NCBI GenBank assembly: GCA_904063045.1
Contig: CAJFCJ010000026.1
Coordinates: 474,964 to 538,963 of the forward strand
Source of the DNA: Dimorphilus gyrociliatus
Lineage: Eukaryota > Animalia > Annelida
Length of the DNA stretch: 64,000 nt
Direction: 5' to 3'
The translations under genes and the position numbers were made by a program. Each line of letters starts with the position of its first letter. The first letter of the stretch is position 1. Below the pieces are notes generated by a model. The model made no database searches and was not told the DNA's origin. It saw only the letters and a list, made by a program, of their open reading frames with translations. Positions 13,681 to 26,954 of the stretch are shown piece by piece.

Positions 13681-14240
13681 TAGCTCTCCTTAGACTAAGA
13701 CTACTATTTACTTACCCATCCTAAACCTACTCTCTACCCACCTTTACATAAGGTGATGAAATATGCCCTAAACTCTTGTCCGACTGTCCTAATTGATGAC
13801 GTCGGATGATCAACCATCCATGTATGTGATGGGAAAATGGTTGAATAGATAAATTTTTACAGTATCTTTTCGTAATTGACAACGTAATTTTATTTGTCGA
13901 GAAAAAACGCTTTATTTTTCGGAGGAAGAAAGCTGACACTTTCTTTTTATCATTGAAAAAATAAGAAAAATCTTTAATGTTCTTTTTTTTCTGATAAAAA
14001 AACGCTTTTGTTTTTTTTTGATGAGATCTTTATGATCTCTGGACCAAACAATTTATTTTAACTCTTCTCCATCTTTGATGTTTGTTGTTTTTTTTTAACA
14101 ACAAACACTTTTTTCTTATTAAAATAATGATGGAAAAAATTTTCCATACTGCATCAACTTCAAAAATAAGATATAATCAATTTGATCTTGATCTTGATCA
14201 CTCATTTCTCTTTGTCTTATTCTTGAGAACACTTGTTTTC

Positions 14241-14560
14241 TATCTCTCTCTCTCTCTCTCTCTCTCTAATAAGCTGGAATTAACAAAAAAAAAAAAAACA
14301 AGTTAAACAATAAAGGAGGAATTAAAGAACAAAAATGTTCTTTTGTTCTTTTTAAGAATTTTTTTTTTTAAAAAAAAAAGTTTAAAAAATTTTAAAGAAA
14401 TGATTTTGAAGGGAAAAATGAAAATTCAAAGGGATAAAGATTTTGGGATCTCTCTCTCTTCCTTCCTATATCTCTCTTTAAAAGAATTACATTTTAGTAT
14501 TCTTCTAACAAACAAACATTTGATTTGCGTCTCATGATTGCTCTCTCTCTCTCTCTCTCT
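14241..14560. repeat. (CT)n microsatellites in GATA/A-tract-rich low-complexity DNA
   Basis: (ct)n runs at ~14243-14266, ~14450-14460 and ~14541-14558. Confidence 0.85.
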
Positions 14561-15079
14561 AATAGAGATGATGATAAGGAGAATCATTTTTTTTTAAGAT
14601 ACAATCCTTAAAGATAATCAGAGATGGGATAAAAGAAGAAAATCTTTTGAGAATATCATATTCTGCTTCTCGAATTTAAAAAAAGAAGAAATTCAAACAA
14701 ACATTAAAGAAACTCTCATTAACAAACTGTTTTGTTTGTCTAACAAATACACTTGCTGGCATGATAATGATTATACATTGTCTATTCCGGGGATATTTGT
14801 ATCTTTAGTGTCAAGGTCAATAATATTAATTTTAAACACTCACTTACCATCTTGGAAGATGGATAGTGATCTCTCTTCAGAGTCTGCCATTTTATCCATC
14901 CATCTCTTTCAGATGGTTAAAAATACAGAAATAAGAAAAGCCAGTTTTGATTGGTGTCCCCATCCCGACTCGAAACAATTTTAAAGTGATCATGTCTTGG
15001 AAAATGTATAAAACAGTCCAAGAGGACGATAATATATTGATTTGACAGTTAAACTCTGACAAAATATTTAAAAACGGAC

Positions 15080-17205
15080 CCGAACCACATTAAAATACTT
15101 GATTGCTTATTGAAAAAAGACGGGAAACCACATAACAATTTGTAAAAAGACTGGATACCAGTTAAAAACTTTTAAGAAAACACTGGTCATATATTTTACA
15201 TAAATTTGAATAAATTTGAATAATATAATAATTTTTTTTAGTGTTTAGGAACAAAATTTTGCAGAGAATTTTTTCAGGGTTACCTAACCTTTTCCATTAG
15301 CCCTAACCCTTAGAGCAGACCCTCCTAAGTACAAAATCAGTTGAAAATTATATATTGTAAAGAATGATGAAAAAAATCCAAAGAAAATCCAGGGAAACAT
15401 GCTGAAATGAGTATCCATCTGTCAAAGATGCTAACATTTGTTACTTTTTGTCCTCATTCTTTTTATTCAGCCAAAATCATTTATTTTCTTGTCAATACTA
15501 TTCTGTTTGATCATGTCTACAATTTTTTTTGGTTGTCATCATTCTTAGCTGGTTCCCCCCCCCCCTCTTCTCATAAAGAATGGAAGAGAAACTTTTTGTT
15601 TTTTTCCATCTCTATCTCTTGATAATTTGTTTAAAATTCTTTTTAATTTTAGAGATTGTTGAAATATGATATTTCAAATTTTCAACTGTCTATTCTATAT
15701 CCTTATGATGTTTTGGAGAAGAATAAATAATGATCATGAATATTCAAATTAGAAGTAATTAACAATGACTCGGCATTCTTTCAAGGTCAATCTTCTCACC
15801 TTGATATTGTGCTGAAAATTCGAATGAGAACCAGTCTAGAAACAGATCAGTTCTTCCAAATGATGATCGAATGAGAACCAGACTAGTTATATATGGACAC
15901 CGTAAATTTGTAATTAACGATTAAAATTGTTTGTCAGCTGCAAAATTAGTGTTTTTTGTATAAATTTTTATAGATAAAGAGTTAAATTGACATAATAATG
16001 AATTAAACTGGTTCTTGATCCGCGTAAATGTTTACTAAGGATAGAATTAAAAATATATTTTTTCAATAATTGACAGATAATCTGGTTCCTGTCTGAAATA
16101 TTATTCACTGCTAATAGGGTTAAAAACATAAAGTCTTCCTTGGTGGCTAAGCAAATATTGCAAATTAAATATATATTTAATATAAATCAGTATTTTGGAC
16201 GCCAAAATACTATTAATGTGGTTCTTATTTCAATATTCGAAAATTCAAAAACCTTCTAAATAAAATTGTTTTCTCTATTTCATATCTTTTTTCCTGAAGA
16301 TTTCTTTCATGTGTATCAGTTTTTTTAAAAAAAAACTGGTTCCTATTACGCTTTTTCTAAAAATTTTTAACTTGGAATTGGTGCGCCGCTTAAAAGACTG
16401 GTCTCTTATTCCTTTTTACTTTAATTAATTTGCCAAAAGTCAAACAAACAATGGATGTTTATTATGTAGAATGTAGTGGTAATGAATGACTTGTATGAAT
16501 ATGAAAAGGAAAAAAGATCGAGTGTAAAGTAACCAGTCTAATTAAAAAAAATTTTTTTTTAAAAATTCGATCCTTTTTTGGAACAGGAGCCATACTATAA
16601 AACCAAATTGAACATCAATTAACAAATACATGGACGATTGTTAATTTATGCATTTACTTTATTATTGACACAAAACGACCTTGACCCAAAAAAATATTTT
16701 TGACAACCTTCTCTCTGTCACCTGAATTTTGGTAGAATTACAGACTGGTTCCTGTTATGCATAAACATTATTAAATAATGTGTCATTTTTCAAAATTTAG
16801 ACTGGTAACCTTCACTCTGAACTAACTACATAATCAACTTTTGTTAAAACTTTCTATTAACCTAATTAAAACAAAAGATGCGGGGGAAGGGACCAGTCTA
16901 CGAGTTTTAATTTTGTAAAAAAACTTTTAGAACTTTTGCCTAAATTTAAAATCTATCTACAGTACTTTTCTTTTAAAACTAAAAATAGTTAGATGAGAAA
17001 GAAAGTTTTTTTTTAAAATTTATTTTATTATTATGCGGAATAGGAACCACACTATTTACAAGTTAAAATTTTTACTCTAAACAAATTATATATTTAATAT
17101 AGTTTCAAAATTAACAATTAATAAATAAAAATTAATTTGTGTAATTCAATAGTCTGGTTCCGGTTTTTCACAAAAAAAATTTTTTAAATTTTAGTGTGGT
17201 TCCTT
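15080..17205. repeat. GGAACCA-N2-CTA motif array, block B (AACCAGTCTA/AACCAGACTA variant enriched)
   Basis: About 20 copies, e.g. 15828, 15875, 16530, 16743, 16890, 17043, 17152, 17193. Confidence 0.85.
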
Positions 17206-18059
17206 TCCGAAAATTTTTGGGTTAGGATGTTTTTGTCATTTGTATTGGATTTCAGGGGATAATGGAGTTATTGGAACATTGTGGTATTTGGTTATATTGG
17301 AAGGAAACAATGTTGATATCTGAGCCTTTATGTTATTTATATTTAAAAGTAGGAATAGTTTTGCTTGGTTACCACATTTCACAAATTGTCAGGTGGTTTT
17401 CTTTCTCTATATTAATAGAATATTAAAAATAAAAAAGCACTTATACAGACTTTCCCAATATGAATATATGATATTTGCAACCTCTGTTTTTGAGTGAATT
17501 TATTCTATATAATGATTTTTCCATTAGGAGATATAGGCATAAAAATCCTAGAAACTATTTACAATCATTGATTATTGGTATCCTCACTGTGTTTGTCTTA
17601 TGTGAAACAATGGAAAAATTTCAACAGTTCTTTATTGAAAATCTATTATTTCTATTGTTGGTATGATGGACAAATCAACTGAATTAAATTGTGCATTTGG
17701 TGAATTAATCATTCTTGAAAATGCATTAGAACATTCCCAAATGATTTCAATACAAGAGAAATTTTTATCTTTCTTTCTTCCAGTATGGAAAATATTTTGA
17801 AAACAATTCTTAACTTTTCAAACTAGAGAACTAGTCATAATGTTATATTTTTAATTTTGTATTGTGAATGGCCAAATTTAACTGTAATCTTTTAAAAATG
17901 TGCTAAGAGGCAGAAAGTGTCACAAATATTGGTGTCCTTTCATACATACAAATATTTCTTATTGTGCTCTATATTTAAGATGCAATTATGCACATTTTTA
18001 CAATGTTTTACAGTAAAAGATGATGCTGCTCAAATCAAACTCTTTTTCCATATAAATAC

Positions 18060-18700
18060 AGTATATAGGGAAAAAGTCCCCAGCCACCTTGTAAAATTTT
18101 CAATAGTATTTAGGCCAGTCTTGCCTTATGTTCATTTCATTTAGATACCTTAAGGTACTCCTAGATGTATGGCATGGAACACCATCCTAATCCCTATCAT
18201 AATTCTCTGGAAAAGATTTATCAAGAAATTCTTGATATTTCTCCAAATTTAAATCACTTTTATATAAATGTTTTCCTATGCTGCCATCATATTTATGTCT
18301 AATAGCTGGATGCCTTCTCACAAACTACTGGTGTTTTTGATATAAATCTATCTTTCTTTCATCCAAAAACAGAATGGAATTAATTTAAGGAGAGGAGTCT
18401 TTTACAAAATTTTCTCCTCCTATTTAACAAGTTTTTTTTGGCTAAAACATAGCCTCTCAAATATTTGCTCCCCAGAAAGGACTTCTCCTTGATAAAAGGC
18501 ATGTAAAATTCTCTCATCTCATACATTTAATTTGACTGGTTTGCCACATCTGGGTAAACCTTTTTCCAGATATTTTGGGCACTGAACCTAGAAATTTTTA
18601 ACATTTTGGCAAATTTTGCTCAATGATAATCACTTCTTGGATTTTTTTCTTACTTAATAAATCATAAACAGCTGAATGGATTATACAACAAATTTTATCT
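18060..18700 (-). mobile_element. Degraded Tc1/mariner transposase
   Basis: Minus strand with frameshifts and stops: AKFAKMLKISRFSAQNIWKK (HTH), GLPRCGKPVKLNV*DER (GRPR-like), *DGVPCHTSRSTLRYL..DWPKY (second Asp region). Confidence 0.75.
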
Positions 18701-18992
18701 ATCTAATGAATATTCATAACATTAAAAATATTGCCCCGCCTATTCATGAATATTCATGAAGTGACTGTGCATAAATATGCATAACTTATTGTTGATGAAT
18801 ATGTATACACACATATATATATATATATATATATATGTGGTGGTTTTAAAATGCGTTTTACATTAGAAGTAGATTCTTCTATTAATTGTATTTAATTTTA
18901 TTAAGTATATTGTAAAAAATATTGCAATATTTCAACAACAAACTTGATAGTAAAGGTTAATGTCAAACATTTTCCTTGTCCTGCTAATTGCA

Positions 18993-19032
18993 ATTATAGG
19001 GGGCGCTATCAATCATAATCTAGATGGCGCTG
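18993..19032 (+). promoter_or_regulatory. Tandem pair of CTCF-like motifs
   Basis: ATTATAGGGGGCGCTA (18993-19008) and ATCTAGATGGCGCTG (~19018-19032) match the 3' core of the metazoan CTCF consensus (YAGRKGGCGC); the 5' CC/CA half is not matched. Confidence 0.5.
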
Positions 19033-19989
19033 AATCCCATAGTCGATATTACTATATAAATAGTCAAATTGGAATCATATTCACATTTGTACTGTCGCTT
19101 AGAAGCTTTAAAACAAAAATAATTTTTCCTATTTTAAAGAAAAAGCTTCCAAGTGCCAGAAAATTATTATATCAGACACAAGCTTCTCCTTCTAACGAAA
19201 AATGAAGATAAAATTCAATTTCATCAAGGAAAAAAAGAGAGGGAAATATTTATATATTATTTACTTTTATTCTTTTTTTAAAAGAATCATCCCAATAATC
19301 TCTCTTTATGCTTTTCGTGTTAGTTTTCGGAAGAAATACATGATAATGATCATTCTCTCTCTCTCTCTCTCTCTCCCTAAACAATCATTTATTATTTTTA
19401 ATTATTCATCTTTTCATCATCTTCTTTTATAAATTGATTGATTTGAATTTAAATCTGAAATATATATTTTTTAAATATGTCACGTGATTAAAGGACATGA
19501 CGAATAAAAAACAACAACACCCAAAAAAAAACCAGGCAACTTATTTAAGTTTTTTTTTTATTATTATTATTTGCAGGGAAGAAGAAGAAGAGATTGAGAT
19601 AAAAAAAAAAACGGTTATTTTTGTCCGCATAAATTGAATTAATATCCCAGGTCAAGATAAATTTATCAAAGTGTGAATATTATATTGGTTTCGGTACATT
19701 CGAAAAAGAAAAATTTAAAATGATAACATAATCATTCATGATTGTTTTCTCTGGCCAATTTCATCAATTATGAATAGTAATTTAATTATTGTTTTTTTTC
19801 AATTAATTTGGTTGTTTAGCACTTCCATTTGGCTAGCCACCAAATCAGTTCTAATGTCTTAATGCTTCTACTTTCGCCTTTATATAGAAAAATTTTTTGC
19901 TTTTTTTTTTTTTTCTTTTTTGAAAATCTTCAGTAAAGAAGGTATGAATATTATTCATATACTACTACCAGTTTTCTCTAAAATACAAT

Positions 19990-20790
19990 ACTACAAGCGA
20001 GCGATATTTTAAGATAAAGGCCACCCAAACAAGTTAAGCTTCTCCTTGACAATAGGCATAAGAAAATTTTCCCAATTTACTGATGGTATCAGAGAGTCCA
20101 AGAGTTTACCTATTTCCAAGTTTACAAGGTCTCTTTTTAGATACTCATTTCTATCATTTGTACACAGTTCATTCAAAAAACATGAAAAAATGAAAACTCC
20201 ATCAAACATTTGCTTTACCAAAAGCTTTGGTTCAAAAGTTAATAAAAATTGATTGGTAGCTCAACATTTACAATTCAATATAGTTTTGTATATTGATTTC
20301 AACAGTTTGTTGGCAAAGTGTTTAACTTTTTTCTTCCTCATTTATTACAAATGAATTTTCTGTAAAATTGTTACAATATTAGCATCAGTTTCCCTTCTTG
20401 TGGCATCTAAATTAATATCTTCATTCAATCTCTTTAGTGTAATTAAGCGTTTTTTCTTGGTAATTATATTAGCCTATTATCATCCCAGATTTCAAATATT
20501 TTCTTCTCTTCATCAATCTTTTCATCTATCATTCTCATCCATTGCAACTCTTTCATTCCTTGATCTTCTAGTCTTGTGATTTAAAGAAGACACTGTCTTT
20601 TTTCACAATCCAGACAAACTGACAGCCTGGAATCTGAAAGGAAATAATTGTATAAATACAATTGAACAACAGATGAATTACAAAATTCTTACTGATGATA
20701 CATTTTTCATGAAGAAGCTCATTACATAGCAAACAGAATTTTCTGTAAGTTTGCAATTTTTGCACTTGATTGCCATATTTCAACATGTTC
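19990..20790 (-). pseudogene. Decayed PHD-finger-containing gene or transposon ORF
   Basis: Minus strand: KCKNC..(frameshift)..CLLCNELLHEKC, a probable short intron, then VCLDCEKD. This gives PHD-type C4-H-C3 spacing, followed by coding-like but interrupted sequence. Confidence 0.5.
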
Positions 20791-21944
20791 ATATTTGAAA
20801 TGTTTAATTTATTATTTGAAAAACAGCAGAAAACTTTCAAACAAATATTTATAATACTATTTCAAGATTCTCTTATCAAGTAATCAACAAACAAATTCAA
20901 AATGGTTGACCTGAAAAATTTTTTTAAAAAATGATTAAAATGTGAGATTGAAACTTTTTTTTGAATATATTAAAGAGTATTATGCATATATTATTATATC
21001 TCATGAATATTAATTAGATAAAGCAAAAATGTAAATTACCAAAGTTATGAATATTAATGAGATAAAAAATAGAAAAATTCCATCTTATGAATAATAATGA
21101 GATATAACAAATGTATCTTAAACCTCATGAATATTAATGTGATAAAAAATTTTAAATAAATAACATTATGAAAAATTTTAATAATCTAATTTTTATGCAA
21201 ATCAGACTAATTTAAAGAATTTTATATATATCTAATCTTTCTACCTCTCTAAAGAGAGATAGAGAATTACATTTATGCTATCCAGAAAATACTAAGAGGT
21301 TAATAGGGTCCACAATTGCTATTATAGTATTGATATTGATGATAGTTATTCTCTTACTATCCATTGGACTATATGTAATCATGTTTTACAATTTAAGAAA
21401 GCAAGAGCTGGTTGTAGAAAATTATCATTTAAAAAATATGAAACAAGGAAATAATCATTCAAAATTTAATAAGAGTACAAAGAGAATGGTCAGTCAGATT
21501 CAAAATAGCATCAGTGTCAAGTCTTTGTTTATCAAAGAAAGAATTTTTTTTTTTAGGGAACTAAAGTCACAGTGTTAAATATAAAATAAGTATATAAAAT
21601 AATGTTCTATGATCATAAGGTACTTTTTCAAATTATCACAAAAAATGATTATCAATTCCATTACTATCCATGTCTTAGAAATACCCTTTTAAAAGTGACT
21701 TGAAATTTTTGATGATCTATTTGTATGTGGAATTTCCTTAGAATCCCAGTTAGAAAGTGATCACTGACTTTTACATTATTTATCAACATACTGTTTTTTA
21801 TTTATTAAAAATTCAAGTAATGCAAAAATCCTCAATTGCCTGACAGATTGTTCCAGATTAAAAACAATAAATAGATTATAGACTGACAAACTTTGGAAAT
21901 GTATCTCTTTTCATATACTTACCATTCCATTGTGGAATTCCATC

Positions 21945-22200
21945 TATTATGACCATAGATTTGGGATAATTTAGATTAGTCAAGAATGATATTCACAGAT
22001 GAGGCAAGGTTTTCACTGAGTGGTCCTGATGACTTCAGCACCTGGACAAATGACAGTGAAAATTAGTTCAGGTTGACAAAAAATATGGGTTAAGAGTAGA
22101 GTAATGGTTTGGGGACTAATAACCTCAGGTGCAGTGTTTTAAGTATAGAGGGTAAGCAAAGAAATTAAATGCACACAATTACTCTAGTTTGTTGTTGAAG
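21945..22200 (+). mobile_element. Tc1/Tc3-like transposase fragment (first catalytic Asp)
   Basis: SRMIFTDEARFSLSGPDDFSTW..., then VMVWGLITSG after a frameshift. Confidence 0.8.
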
Positions 22201-22744
22201 ATGTTATCCTAGTTTCAGAAGAATGCTCAGATAGAATGAGTGAGAGAATACATCTTAGTAGGATCAGTAGGGGCATTAAGAATGAAGGTTGTCAAATACA
22301 AGAATAAAAAAAATATTGGTCACCTAATCATTGTCAACAATACAACATTAGGTTAGGAAATTTCTGCTGTTTCAAAATTTCAGACTTCAGTCTGCCAAAT
22401 GTTGAAATGATATCAGTCAGCAGAAATGCTAAAGCCATGATTTTCACAAAATTTTCTCCATTCTTCTCTCTTCTTCATTTTTTGTTTGGAATTTCCAAGA
22501 GACTGATAAAAACAAATCAGTTGTGCATGTTAGTAATTTTGAAATAAGATATTCAATAAATATTTGATCAGAAATGAAAAACACATCATGAAATGAAGAT
22601 TCTCATGGTGTTTACCAGTATTCCTGGGGAATACCTTTAAAAAATTATCAGATTTATTATGTTATATAGAAAAGACATAAATTTATACCAGTTTTTTTTA
22701 AAAGACTAAATAGGTAGATAACAAATTCAAATGTTTTGTTTTCA

Positions 22745-24885
22745 AAGAAACCATACTACAATATTACTGAAATTTGTTTTACTTTTTGAGAAGGAACCAG
22801 ACTAAAAAACATTTTTAAATTGTTTTGCTTGAGAAGGAACAGAATACTAGACTTTTAATTTTTAAATGTATTGTTTGGTAAAAAATTAGGAAGGGAACCA
22901 TACTAAAATACAACACAATAGAAATATGTTTAATTTAAAAACCATAAATCAGACTAATTATATTTTACACTGTGTTGTTCAAAGTTGAATCATACAAAAG
23001 CAGATTTAGAAAATGAATTGTGAATGGAAAACGAACCACACTAAAATATTTAACAAAAAATAACTTTACTATGGTTGAAAGAGAACCACATTAGAAGAAT
23101 TTTTTAAAAGGCTTTAGAAAACAATAAAACCAGAAAACCACACTAACATACAAATTTACCAGTTTTGTTTTAAAGGATATTTTAAAATGTATTATTTTTA
23201 ATGGAACCATACTAATATATTTTTAAAAAATTTAAAGATCTAGAATGCAGAATTAGAAATAACATTTCTGAATTTTCTCTACAATTGGAATATTTTAAAT
23301 GTGTTATTTCTCAGTTGTTCCTCAGACAGTAAATTGTTGATTTGAAGGGAAAATACTATAGTCTGGTTCACTTCCTTTCTTTCATAACTGGTAGACATTT
23401 TTGTTATTTTATTATTCAAATTTAGTAGCTGCAACAATTTTCTTTGGTTTCAAATAAAGTAAATTTTTGGATATCTATTTAATAATATTGGTTTTATAGA
23501 GTAGACAAAGGGAAAAAGAATCTAATAGACCACCAACTCCAAGTTGCTAGCTGATAGATGATGGAACACTTTCAAAATAGTAACTTCTTTTCATTGTCAA
23601 ACAGCAGTTTACAATTCAAAATGGTGTAGTATACTTTAAAAAGTCTCTCTTCTTTTTGCAAAGACATCATTAGCCTAACAAGGCCAATAGAATGGTTAAT
23701 ATGAACAACTAACAGAGCTATCTGTTATATTGATGAATTTTTATTTTTAATGTGGTAACTTGTAAAGCTCCTTGACAAAGATGGGACTTGGTATTGAATT
23801 GGAACCAGTTTAACTTGGATACAAAGCAAAAAATCTTTCAATGGGCGCAAAAGTACTTGTTACAATCACAAAAATAAACCTAAGCATAACAGGGAACCAC
23901 ACTAAAAAGATTAATCTAAAAGAATATTAAAAGTTTTTTTTGTACTTATTTTGACTGTTATTTACAGGATATTGTATTTGTTAATACTGAATATTTTGTG
24001 TGCTTACCCTTAGCTTCTACAGCTGCCATAAGCCTTCTTTCTATTGTCTCATATAAGAATTGAATTTCCAATTGTAAAATTTTAAAAAATTCCTCTCTGA
24101 ACATCTGCCATCTGTTTGCTGGCCATGGATCAAATGTTTCCACTTCCTGTCTCTTGAGGTATGCTTTTGTTCTGGCTGCTGTATGACAGCTAGCCCCATC
24201 CTGTTGAACAATTTCCCCTCTCTTATAATTTGGGACAACATGACTGCTCTGAATCCCCCACTTTTCTCCCTCTATATAGAACTCTTTCCTACTTATTATC
24301 TGCCTTTTGGATAAAGCAGGTTGTGTCCACACTTGGGGTTTGATGGCATGGTATTTTGCCTTTCCATCTTTTGTGCCACTTTTCTGGTCTACCACTTCTT
24401 TTGTTTGTTCCTTATAAACCAGTTTATTATGGGTCAATACACACAACTATATAATTATCCTAAATTTTTTTAGGCTATTACAGTCTGAGTTGGAATTGAA
24501 ATTGACAAAATTTTTCAGCTGTGTTTGCTTTTTAAATGAACAGAAATGGGAAACTATAAAATAATTTTCCTTCCGGGAACAGGAACCATACTACAAATAT
24601 TGCTATTTATTTAACCTTATACAATACATAAAACCGTTATCAAGTTCAATTAATTTCATTTTAGGAATTGGGAACCACACTAGATTATATGAGCTTTTTT
24701 TGGAAATATGAACCACCTATTAAAACAAATTTATATATGCTTAATATATAATATTTATATATTATATGAACAGAAACCACACTAAAAAGCTTTTAATACA
24801 AAATTAATGTACTGATTAAAAAATACTTTAGATAATAAAGAACCACTCTAATAAAAAATGTTTAAATATTTTATTGAGAACCAGT
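22745..24885 (+). repeat. GGAACCA-N2-CTA motif array, block C (mostly + orientation, interrupted by Tc1 fragment)
   Basis: Copies at ~22748, 22794, 22893, 23033, 23082, 23135, 23203, 23893, 24582, 24671, 24773, 24840, 24878. Confidence 0.85.
23958..24446 (-). mobile_element. Tc1/mariner transposase C-terminal fragment
   Basis: The ORF contains QQDGASCHTAARTKAYL..DPWPAN and ends RRLMAAVEAKGKHTKY. The PDLNPIEN segment carrying the third catalytic residue is missing. Confidence 0.85.
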
Positions 24886-25069
24886 CTAAAAATAAAAGTT
24901 TTTGGCAAAATAGTTCAATTTGATCCCAATAAGGTTCCCCTGGTTGTATCCAACCTCTTTATCACAGTACATATTTAGTGCATAATAGTGTGGTTCATGT
25001 TCAAGTTTTAATATAGCGTACTGAAAACACAAATGAAAAAAATGGTCGGGATAGAAAATGTCTACATTT

Positions 25070-26560
25070 ATTCTTCTGTGCCATCCTTCAACATCATTGT
25101 TGGTCCTGATGGCAAGACCAAATACAGACCAACAATTTGATGTCCAAATTGAATGCTTAATCCAAGTACTTTTAATGGGGTGCAGGAGAAAACATCCACA
25201 ACTGAGGAGAAAATGTCCATAGTGAAAGAGAATATTGACCAGGTATGTGGTGGGTAATATCCATATAGCCACTGGTTCTTGATGTAATCAATAAATGGTC
25301 CTAAATGAGTTGAGGTTGTCTGTTCAATGTTTTTTGAATGCATTTTCAATGATGTTTGATGGCAAAAATGGTAATGCCATTATTTTTTTCATTGCATGGT
25401 AACACTCTCCTTTTGCCTTATATTCACAAGATGGGTCTCTGACACATTTAAATGTTCCATCCAAAAACCATATCTTTCCTTTAGACAGTAGTTCAATTTG
25501 TTTTGGAGTTGAAAAAATTATTATTCTGTCATCTTTCATTTTAATATCTTTTACCAGAAACTCATCTGGTATAAATGATACTTCAAAATTTGAGTGAATA
25601 TCTGCCAGCTCTTCTGGCTGAAATCTTCTTTTTGTCCAATTTGCCAACCTGGCACAGTTATCCATTGATGGAATAGCTTCTTCACAATCACAATGATGTT
25701 TTAATACTTCCTCAGCTAAGCATTTTCCAGAAGAGAAAGTTTCAATTTCACACAATTGTTTAATTTCATTTTTAATTAAAATTTTCTTTTCCAGTCCATC
25801 TTCTCTTTTATGGGAATGGGGTTTTTTTCCATGATAGAATTGATCTTCCAATTGATTGACACTTGCTGGGCATTTGTTGTTCTTATTCCTTACACTACAT
25901 GTCCAAAATGTTTTTGTTGACCTTTTCATCTTTATTGTAAACATATAACCATCATAGGCTAATAGGTCTTTACCTTTTTGACTCATTCCTTTCAGAATTT
26001 TGAAAGTTGGCTCCATATCTACTCTTTTTGATGTTGGAGAATTTATGAAAGAAGTTTCCATCAAATTATTTGAATCCTGTGAATGATTTTCTGTTGTGAT
26101 TTCAATGTTACACCCAATCATCAGATCTGTGCTGTTGTTTTCAACAATAACATCATTATCATCAACATCTGTTCTCATATTTCTATCACTTTCTTTTTCA
26201 TTTTCATAAATATCTGGACCATTACCAACAACATCATTCATAGTATTTTGAACTTCATATGTCATCTTTACTTCCTTTTCCACTTCAGAGTTCACTGTTT
26301 TGATTTGACTAGTAGACAGCTGTTGTAAGGTGACCAAACATGTTCTCTTAGAAATATCTTCACAAATATTGCAAAGAAAGAGATGATTTTCTGTTAATAC
26401 CATCATTTAAAAAAAGTGATATATGCTATAAAATTGAATTTAACCTACTTTTCATGCATTTCTTGTGAATTATTACCCAATGGTGACATAGTTGACACTT
26501 TGCTTTATGCTGTCTTCCAACCATTTTCTCCTTACAATTGTAGCAATATGCCATTATCTA
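25070..26560 (-). mobile_element. Mutator-like (Phantom-type) transposase pseudogene: PHD + FLYWCH + DDE
   Basis: PHD: CYNC..CQLCHHW..HKKC (26440-26550), then FLCNIC. FLYWCH: GKDLLAYDGYMF..FWTCSVR..CPA..HSH. DDE: IWFLDGTFK, an in-frame deletion removing the DFE/CxxH region, KKIMALPFLP, a frameshift, then WSVFGLAIRTNNDVEGWHRRIN. Confidence 0.9.
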
Positions 26561-26954
26561 TCAGTAAAAAGAGAGAGTTACCCCAAAATGGCTGCTCAAA
26601 TATTTTAAAAGAGATTTTATTAATTAAAGTTTTACCTTAAACTGATTCAATTTAAAAGACTTATCAAGAGATATTCTGGTGTATTGAATTTTTTTGATAT
26701 TGTGTTGTACTTGTGAAATATCCTTTTCAGATAATATTTGAATCAAACTCTCCTTTGTATGGAACAAAAACAGGAAATCATAAACAGGAAATAGTTCCTC
26801 AACAAAATGGAGAACCTGACATTGCATAATTTTTATTATCACTACAATGTACATACATTATTAATTTTAATTTCCATGGCCACTTTCCCCTATAGACTTT
26901 TTCCACTGTGGACATTTCTCCTGTGGATATTTTAATAGACTAGAAGAATGTCAG

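Noticed and set aside
13808-13846. Stem-loop TCAACCAT...ATGGTTGA downstream of the second promoter cassette as a pre-miRNA
   Set aside because: The stem is too short and bulged for a pre-miRNA, and folding cannot be computed here.
5155-15312. Telomere-like CCCTAA(CCC) at ~5158, ~6796 and ~15301
   Set aside because: Isolated one- to two-unit matches, not arrays.
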